From Cyclobacteriaceae bacterium (GTDB lineage: Bacteria; Bacteroidota; Bacteroidia; Cytophagales; Cyclobacteriaceae), in contig DATCZR010000138.1 of the NCBI GenBank assembly GCA_036525835.1, forward strand, positions 1 through 56,452: a stretch of DNA of 56,452 nucleotides, in the 5' to 3' direction. A program made the translations under genes and the position numbers. The stretch's first letter is position 1; every line of letters begins with the position of its first letter. Below, in pieces: positions 49,767 to 56,452 of the stretch. The notes beneath the pieces were generated by a model. It saw nothing but the letters and a program-made list of their open reading frames with translations, ran no database searches and was not told the origin of the DNA.

Positions 49767-49802
49767 GAAAGGCTTTAGTTTTACTAAGGCCTTTCGTTTT
49801 TT
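49767..49802 (+). terminator. Intrinsic terminator after the small lipoprotein
   Basis: GAAAGGC..GCCTTTC hairpin followed by GTTTTTT. Confidence 0.75.
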
Positions 49803-50426
49803 ATGACCACTACTAGCCTATCCCAAATTATCAATGAGCACGTTCCTGCCGTTGCCAGCAAATACTGTATGGAGCTCTGGGAAGAATTTCGATTTGATTT
49901 CAAACTGAGAAAAAGTAGGATTACAAAAGTTGGAGACTTTACTTGCTTCCCAGGAAGGAATCCCATCATCACGGTAAACCACGATATTGATCCGTATCTC
50001 TTTTTAATAACCTACATCCACGAAGTGGCCCACCTGAAAGTGCATTTGAAATACGGACAACGTATTGAATCACATGGAAAAGAGTGGAAGCTAGCTTTTC
50101 AGCAACTGATGGAACCTGTATTGACAGATGATATATTTCCGGGCGAGCTTCTTGTTGGTTTAAAAAAACACCTTCGCAATCCAAAGGCTTCTACATTTTC
50201 TGATGGTAAATTCACTAAACTGCTGCGTACCTACGATGCCCGACAACAACATGTGGTGCTACTCTCTGATTTAAAAGAAGGAAGCGTCTTCGGTTATCAT
50301 GGCAAATGGTTTAAGAAGGGTAAATTAAGAAGAACACGGGTGGAGTGCCGAGAACTTAAAACACGTATCACTTACCTCGTGCCTGCTGATGCGCCCATTT
50401 CAATTGCCCAGCTTAGCTTATTATAA
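49803..50426 (+). CDS. SprT-like zinc-binding protein
   Basis: HEVAHL (HExxH), HGKEWK. Confidence 0.88.
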   Translation: MTTTSLSQIINEHVPAVASKYCMELWEEFRFDFKLRKSRITKVGDFTCFPGRNPIITVNHDIDPYLFLITYIHEVAHLKVHLKYGQRIESHGKEWKLAFQQLMEPVLTDDIFPGELLVGLKKHLRNPKASTFSDGKFTKLLRTYDARQQHVVLLSDLKEGSVFGYHGKWFKKGKLRRTRVECRELKTRITYLVPADAPISIAQLSLL

Positions 50427-50436
50427 AAAACATTCA

Positions 50437-51237
50437 CTACTTAGCACTGTCAATTGCTTTCCTCACGCTCCCGTGTTTAGAGAGTAGCAAGGCGGCTTCT
50501 GCTTCGCTTATATTCAACTCTTCCACTATCATTTTTGTACCTCTGTCGATCAATTTATTATTGCTCAACTGCATGTCTACCATTTTATTTCCCTTGATTC
50601 TTCCCAACTGTATCATGGTCGTGGTAGATATCATGTTCAAGACAAGCTTCTGAGCGGTGCCTGATTTCATACGTGTACTCCCTGTGACAAATTCAGGACC
50701 TACAATTACTTCTATGGGATGGTCCACACTTTCAGCTAATTTACTTCCTTCATTACACGTGATACATCCTGTAAGTATGTCATTCTTTCTAGCCTCTTTT
50801 ACCCCTCCAAGTACATAGGGTGTTCTACCGGAGGCAGCTATACCGATAACAGTATCACCACTCGAAATTTCGTGCTGCTTAAGATCCTTCCATGCTTGCG
50901 CCATGTCATCTTCTGCATGTTCAACTGATTTACGAATTGCCTGATCTCCTCCAGCAATTATTCCTATCACTTTACCTTGAGGCATTCCATATGTCGGAGG
51001 TATCTCAGAGGCATCCACAATACCTAAACGACCACTCGTACCTGCACCAATGTAAAAAAGTCTACCCCCTTTCCTCATCCTTTCTACAATGTCAATCACT
51101 AATTTTTCTATTTTGGGTATGACTTTTTTAACCGCCACAGGCACAGTCTGATCTTCAGCATTTATTCCTATCAGAAGATCATGAAGATTCTGTTTTTCCA
51201 GATCGTTATAATTCGAAGATGATTCGGTGGTCGACAA
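50437..51237 (-). CDS. murQ: N-acetylmuramic acid 6-phosphate etherase
   Basis: GAGTSGRLG, DASEIPPTYG, ASGRTPYV, GPEFVTGSTRMKSGTAQK, GNKMVD. Confidence 0.96.
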   Translation of the reverse strand: MSTTESSSNYNDLEKQNLHDLLIGINAEDQTVPVAVKKVIPKIEKLVIDIVERMRKGGRLFYIGAGTSGRLGIVDASEIPPTYGMPQGKVIGIIAGGDQAIRKSVEHAEDDMAQAWKDLKQHEISSGDTVIGIAASGRTPYVLGGVKEARKNDILTGCITCNEGSKLAESVDHPIEVIVGPEFVTGSTRMKSGTAQKLVLNMISTTTMIQLGRIKGNKMVDMQLSNNKLIDRGTKMIVEELNISEAEAALLLSKHGSVRKAIDSAK

Positions 51238-51240
51238 AAC

Positions 51241-52089
51241 TTAATTATTTAAATCCTTTTTATGATATAAGGTAAGTCCAGCGATAGGTGTTTCTACAAC
51301 GTTTTTTACAGTAACCCCCAAATCATTGGCCACTTGCCTTAGGATATCGCTAAAGTAAAACGCAACTGATCCTGTAAAATGAACTTTTCGATTTTGATAT
51401 TGATCGTAACGCATCACATTGTTTTTGAAAAAATCCTCAAACGAGGAATATACCAGCTGGTAGCAATATGGTTCTTTTATATGTTGAAAGATAAACTTGG
51501 AAAAACTCCCTAAGAAAGCTGAAGGTTTTTCCTGTCGATATATTTTATCTAGCACATCATCCCTGGCAATTGAAAACCGGGCTCTAAATTGCTCACTCAG
51601 TTTTAATGGCATTTGTTCCCGTAAATAATCTACCAGCAGTTTTTTACCGATATATACACCTCCGCCTTCGTCCCCCAATATCCAACCCAGGTTGGTAATG
51701 TTCTTTTTAATTATCCCATCCTCAAATAAACAACTGTTGGATCCTGTACCTAATATACACGCGATACCTGCTTCTTCACCGCAAAGCGACCTGGCCGCTC
51801 CTAACAAATCGTGATTTACATCTATTTCTGCCTTACCAAAAATACCGGCTAATACATCCTTTATGATTTCCCTGTTTTGAGGAGATGATGCCCCCGATCC
51901 ATAAAAGAAAATCTTCCTTACCTTTTCTGAAACTAGTGGAACAAGTGTTTCATTGACGGATAAAGTCAAATGAGAAGGATCCTGGTAGTAGGGATTGAAT
52001 CCCGGACCTGTTGTTTGATTAATTGTGCCGTTGTCATACAAAAGGCGCCAATCCAATTTAGAACCACCGCTATCTGCAACTAAGATCAT
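51241..52089 (-). CDS. N-acetylglucosamine/N-acetylmuramate kinase (BadF/BadG/BcrA/BcrD family)
   Basis: ADSGGSK, ILGTGSN, LGDEGGG, GSVA; adjacent to murQ. Confidence 0.85.
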   Translation of the reverse strand: MILVADSGGSKLDWRLLYDNGTINQTTGPGFNPYYQDPSHLTLSVNETLVPLVSEKVRKIFFYGSGASSPQNREIIKDVLAGIFGKAEIDVNHDLLGAARSLCGEEAGIACILGTGSNSCLFEDGIIKKNITNLGWILGDEGGGVYIGKKLLVDYLREQMPLKLSEQFRARFSIARDDVLDKIYRQEKPSAFLGSFSKFIFQHIKEPYCYQLVYSSFEDFFKNNVMRYDQYQNRKVHFTGSVAFYFSDILRQVANDLGVTVKNVVETPIAGLTLYHKKDLNN

Positions 52090-52328
52090 TTTATAACCAG
52101 TTTTCCTATTGACTCAAATTTACTAAAAACCTCATCGGTGTGTGGTGCATCGATAAGTTCATCGGTTAAGTCTTGCCCCGCCCAATGCTCATAGTGGGTC
52201 CCCGTTTTCCACAACCCGGATTTAGTCACATCATAAATAATTCCTTTGTACGCTACCCATACCTCAGGCTTATCCTGACCATTGCGGAGGGCGAGCTGTT
52301 TCAATGTAATGATGGGTAGGCTATCCAT
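52086..52328 (-). CDS. Cytochrome b5-like heme/steroid-binding protein
   Basis: WVAYKGIIYDVT, H..HWAGQDLT..APH. Confidence 0.88.
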   Translation of the reverse strand: MDSLPIITLKQLALRNGQDKPEVWVAYKGIIYDVTKSGLWKTGTHYEHWAGQDLTDELIDAPHTDEVFSKFESIGKLVIK

Positions 52329-52540
52329 TGCATTTTCCTAATGATTCCTGGCTCTTAATTTGCCGTTTGAAGTGTATTGGGATCGCTAATCGAATAGTTT
52401 CTCAAAAGTGCATGTCCTTAAAATGATAGAGAAATTAAAACCTTAACTTAGCATAAAGTTTTCAACCAACCGCAATGATAGCTGGTTCTTAACCATTTAT
52501 CTCATCTATAATTGACTTTCCTAACCAAACCTAGTATCCA

Positions 52541-53797
52541 ATGAAATTAGTTTACACACTACTTTGTCTCGGTATTCTCGTCCTTGTCAGCTGCGAACAA
52601 AAAAAGACTATCGCCAACATGAGTGATGTGGAGCTTCATGCCTATGCAGATGAACTCGCTCACAAGTTTATCATTACAGATGGACACATTGATGTGCCCT
52701 ATCGACTGAAAGAACAAGATATTGTTATAGAAGCTGACAATGCTAATGTATTAGTTAACACCACCGAGGGCGACTTTGATTATGAGAGAGCAAAGAAAGG
52801 CGGACTTGACGCTCCATTCATGTCCATTTATGTTCCTTCCTCCTATCAGCAGCAGGCAGACATGGGCAAGGCGTTGGCAGATTCGCTCATTAATAACGTC
52901 AGAGCTATTGCTGAGAACCTACCCGATAAATTTGCATTGGCTAATTCTCCTGCTGATGTAGAAGTAAATTTTGCGGCAGGCAAGATCTCTTTGCCTATGG
53001 GCATGGAGAATGGTGCTCCGTTCGGTAATGACCTTGCCAATGTTAAGTACTTTTATGATCGGGGTATAAGGTATACTACACTTACCCATGGCAAAGACAA
53101 CCAAATATGTGACTCTTCTTACGATACAACTGGCACTCACGGAGGCTTGAGTGACTACGGCAGACAAGTAGTTGCAGAAATGAACAGAGTGGGTATCATG
53201 GTGGATATTTCTCACGTAGATGATGATACCTTCTATCAAGTAATGGAATTAACAAAAGCTCCATGCATTGCATCCCATTCATCTTGCCGGTTTTATACGC
53301 CTGGCTTTGAAAGAAACATGAACGATGATATGATCAAGGCACTTGGCAAAAACGGAGGCGTTATTCAAATCAACTATGGATCTTCTTTCTTAGATTCTGC
53401 TGTGGTGAAAACCAACAGAGAAAATCGTGAGAAATTAAGAGCTAAGTTGGCAGAAGCTGGATTAGATATGGAAGATGAAGCCTCCAAACCCATTATCGAT
53501 GAATTCAGAAAGAACAACCCCAACGCATATGCCACGCTGGAACGAGTCGCAGATCACATCGATCATGTGGTGGCCCTAGCAGGAATTGATCATGTTGGCA
53601 TTGGCACTGACTATGATGGTGTGGGCGATAGTTTACCAACAGGACTAAAAGACGTCTCGTCCTACCCTAATTTGATTTTCGAGTTATTAAAAAGAGGTTA
53701 CTCTGAAGAAGACATCGAAAAAATTTGTTTTAAGAATGTTTTCAGGGTTTGGAACGAAGTAGCCGAGGTGGCCAAACAACTCCAGGCATACGAATAA
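52541..53797 (+). CDS. Membrane dipeptidase (peptidase M19) lipoprotein
   Basis: Lipobox LVSC, DGHID, GMENG, VDISH, ASHS, GIGTDYDG. Confidence 0.92.
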   Translation: MKLVYTLLCLGILVLVSCEQKKTIANMSDVELHAYADELAHKFIITDGHIDVPYRLKEQDIVIEADNANVLVNTTEGDFDYERAKKGGLDAPFMSIYVPSSYQQQADMGKALADSLINNVRAIAENLPDKFALANSPADVEVNFAAGKISLPMGMENGAPFGNDLANVKYFYDRGIRYTTLTHGKDNQICDSSYDTTGTHGGLSDYGRQVVAEMNRVGIMVDISHVDDDTFYQVMELTKAPCIASHSSCRFYTPGFERNMNDDMIKALGKNGGVIQINYGSSFLDSAVVKTNRENREKLRAKLAEAGLDMEDEASKPIIDEFRKNNPNAYATLERVADHIDHVVALAGIDHVGIGTDYDGVGDSLPTGLKDVSSYPNLIFELLKRGYSEEDIEKICFKNVFRVWNEVAEVAKQLQAYE

Positions 53798-53837
53798 GAA
53801 TTTTGCAGTTCATGGTAGAATAACGCGGCTTCCCGAA

Positions 53838-54299
53838 TTAATATTTAGAATCGCTGACCTTCTTCCATTTTAGCTCTTCAATCAAGGCAGTAAGTTTTTT
53901 ATCCAAAGCCGTTAAATCATTTGGCCATTTGCCATATACTTCGATGGTTTTGGCTTTTCCGTTATCCTTAAAATAGAAATAAGTAGTTGGCAGATCAGTG
54001 ATGTTTGATCTATAAATTTCATCCAATTCAAAATAACCTGTTTGCCTAAAAGCATGAATTAACTCCTCATACTTGATTTTAGAGAGTTTTGATTTGAAAT
54101 CACCAGTGCCCATTTCTAAAAATTTATCAGCATGTAGGATTACCTTACAATTGCTGAGAATATCCATTGAATATACCGGGCAGGCTCCAAAGCACGCGGT
54201 TTTCTGGATGCCCATTACTTTCTTTTTTTGAGCAAGCGCAGGCTTTTTAGAGCAAATTATCAATGAAAACAGCAGTATTACTTTTACCAAATTATGCAT
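53838..54299 (-). CDS. DUF6438-like exported protein
   Basis: Signal peptide, KTACFGACPVY, ITDLPT. Confidence 0.7.
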   Translation of the reverse strand: MHNLVKVILLFSLIICSKKPALAQKKKVMGIQKTACFGACPVYSMDILSNCKVILHADKFLEMGTGDFKSKLSKIKYEELIHAFRQTGYFELDEIYRSNITDLPTTYFYFKDNGKAKTIEVYGKWPNDLTALDKKLTALIEELKWKKVSDSKY

Positions 54300-54352
54300 A
54301 TCAATAAGTATATGAAGAATTGCTTAATTCACGTTTTAATCTGATTCAATTT

Positions 54353-56452
54353 ATGAAGTTCGCTTTCAAGGTCGCCTGTATTTTTTCATTTAGCCTCTGG
54401 CTTCCCGTTTTTGGCTACTCACAAAATGCTGACTTTGAATTGGACTATCTAAAAGCAACCAACAAAGCGGTCTGCTACGCCTCTTATATTAATGTAAATA
54501 CACATATCCCTCCACCAACTCTAGACCTAAAATCAAATAGACAAGCGAAAACCAATTCAGCTACATTTATTGTCGAGTATGTCGATTTTCCTCCACAGGC
54601 AGAGCAGGCATTTCAAATGGCTGTGGATATATGGGCGTCCCTTATAGAATCTCCGGTTAACATAAGAATCAAAGCATTCTGGGAACCTCTTGGTACCGGA
54701 GTATTGGGATCCGCTAGCCCTGGGCGTTATTTCAGAAATTTTGATGGTGCCCAAAAAAGAAATCTGTGGTATCCTGTTGCGCTGGGAGAGAAAATGGCAG
54801 GACATGATTTAAACAGTACCTCAAGTGCAGATATTGAAGCCTCATTCAACAGCGACTACACTTCATGGTATTTTGGTACTGATGGCGTAACGCCCTCAGG
54901 GATGTTTGATTTTCTGACTATTGTATTGCATGAGATCGGACATGGCCTTGGAATTACCCATGCCTACACTGTGGTTGGATCAAATGGTACCATCTCGTCC
55001 ATTTTTGATAACAATCCTGTTGTTTACGAATCCTTTATCGAAAACAATCAAGCTTCAAAGTTGGTCACCAATTATACATCACCTTCTCCTGAGCTGAAAG
55101 AGCAAATCATCGGAAGTAACCTGTTTTTTAGCGGCCCTAATGTGCTGGCTCAAAACTTAAACGAAAAAGCCAAAATATACGCCCCAGCAAATTATAGCCC
55201 GGGATCGAGTATAGCTCACCTCGATGAGACAACCTATCCGCCTGGGAATCCAAATTCACTTATGTCGCCGCAAATCGGTTTCGCAGAATCGATTCACAAT
55301 CCGGGACCAATTGCCATGGGTATTCTCAAAGATATCGGCTGGTCCGGAACCTATATTCATCATGAAAAAGTAAGGAACACAGAAGATGTAAGTAGTCCAG
55401 TTCCTATTGTAGTTGCGATCAACAGCGAATCAACCTTCAATGAAAGTTCTTTAAAACTCTACCACCGCGCGGAAGGTCAAGAGTTTACATCACTAGAAAT
55501 GACTGGAACTGGTGTCATGGATGAATTTTCGGCTTCAATACCCTCCACTGGGGTTCCCACAAACTATGATTATTATATTAGAGCATTCAATAATTTTGGT
55601 GAGGAAATTACTAATCCGGGAAAGGTCTATAACCAGGGTCAACTTATTACTCAAGGATTTTTCAAATTTGAAACTGGCCCTGATACCGAATCCCCTCTTA
55701 TTCTGCACCAGGCAAAACCGTTTGTTTTGGCTGGTGACACTGAACTAGTGATTGAAGCCAACATCAGCGACAACATCGCGCTGCAAAAAGCAGAAGTTGA
55801 ATACTATATCAATGAGGCTCCGCAAGGTTTATTCAACATGACACTGATCAACGCAGAAGATTCTCTTTATGCGGTTACTGTTCCCTATCCAGGGCCCTTG
55901 TCTATTGACGATAAGGTTAAATACAGAGTAATTGCAACTGACAATTCTGTCGGTCAAAATGTATCAAATTTCCCAACCACCGGTTTCATTGAATTAAACA
56001 CTGAGGGCTTTTCACCAACTCAGGATTTTTATGTCAACGACTTTAACGATGCAAAATCAAGTAATGATTTTTTCGGAGATGATCTTTTCAGTATTTATAC
56101 AGAAAGTGGGTTTGAGAATGGGGCCATCCATACAAGTCATCCCTATCCTAACGGAATTGGTAGCGAGTTGCAAAGTGAGTTTGTTTATAAGCTGAAGGTT
56201 CCGATTCGACTGAAAGAAGGTCAGGCAAGTTTAAAATTTGATGAGATAGTATTGGTAGAGCCCGGTGATGGGTCGGCTTTTGGAAGCAGCAACTTTTTCG
56301 ATTATGTGGCGCTCGAAGGATCAAAAGATGGCGGTGTAACCTGGAGACTCCTAGCCAACGGTTATGACTCAAGCGATAAGCCGGAATGGTTAACTCATTT
56401 CGAAAGCGCAAAAGACTCTGAAAATCCAAGCAATTCAATTGCTATCGGAAAT
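54353..56452 (+). CDS. Secreted zinc metalloprotease-like multidomain protein, truncated at the window end and absent from the ORF track
   Basis: ATG 54353 MKFAFKVACIFSFSLWLPVFGYSQ signal peptide, HEIGHGLG at 54929-54952, downstream GSSIAHLDE..SLMSP motif; the frame appears to stay open to the window end. Confidence 0.85.
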   Translation, partial: MKFAFKVACIFSFSLWLPVFGYSQNADFELDYLKATNKAVCYASYINVNTHIPPPTLDLKSNRQAKTNSATFIVEYVDFPPQAEQAFQMAVDIWASLIESPVNIRIKAFWEPLGTGVLGSASPGRYFRNFDGAQKRNLWYPVALGEKMAGHDLNSTSSADIEASFNSDYTSWYFGTDGVTPSGMFDFLTIVLHEIGHGLGITHAYTVVGSNGTISSIFDNNPVVYESFIENNQASKLVTNYTSPSPELKEQIIGSNLFFSGPNVLAQNLNEKAKIYAPANYSPGSSIAHLDETTYPPGNPNSLMSPQIGFAESIHNPGPIAMGILKDIGWSGTYIHHEKVRNTEDVSSPVPIVVAINSESTFNESSLKLYHRAEGQEFTSLEMTGTGVMDEFSASIPSTGVPTNYDYYIRAFNNFGEEITNPGKVYNQGQLITQGFFKFETGPDTESPLILHQAKPFVLAGDTELVIEANISDNIALQKAEVEYYINEAPQGLFNMTLINAEDSLYAVTVPYPGPLSIDDKVKYRVIATDNSVGQNVSNFPTTGFIELNTEGFSPTQDFYVNDFNDAKSSNDFFGDDLFSIYTESGFENGAIHTSHPYPNGIGSELQSEFVYKLKVPIRLKEGQASLKFDEIVLVEPGDGSAFGSSNFFDYVALEGSKDGGVTWRLLANGYDSSDKPEWLTHFESAKDSENPSNSIAIGN

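Overview
Gene-dense chromosomal window from a Bacteroidota bacterium, probably Cytophagales-like. This is inferred from TAnnTTTG promoter elements, ClpC with ClpS, and many lipoprotein signal peptides. It is mostly housekeeping: ribD, prmC, rocD, an aminopeptidase P, rfaE1, aspC, recR, clpS, mltG, clpC, rarA, ltaE, era, der, murQ, tRNA-Ser(TGA) and tRNA-fMet. No CRISPR array, transposase, integrase or phage gene is visible. The most interesting parts are: (1) a GNAT acetyltransferase fused to a histone-deacetylase-family domain; (2) an amino-acid catabolic operon in which an Nramp/YcsG-like transporter is fused in frame to 5-oxoprolinase PxpA; (3) a four-gene TPR/epimerase/CPBP/SDR cassette facing an HTH regulator across two matching palindromic operators and a 14-aa uORF; (4) a lipoprotein gene broken by an in-frame TGA; (5) a structured rocD leader; (6) an RmuC-like nuclease. 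Two real genes are missing from the supplied ORF track: a 58-aa lipoprotein and a zinc metalloprotease that runs off the window end. All family calls come from motif recognition, not database searches.
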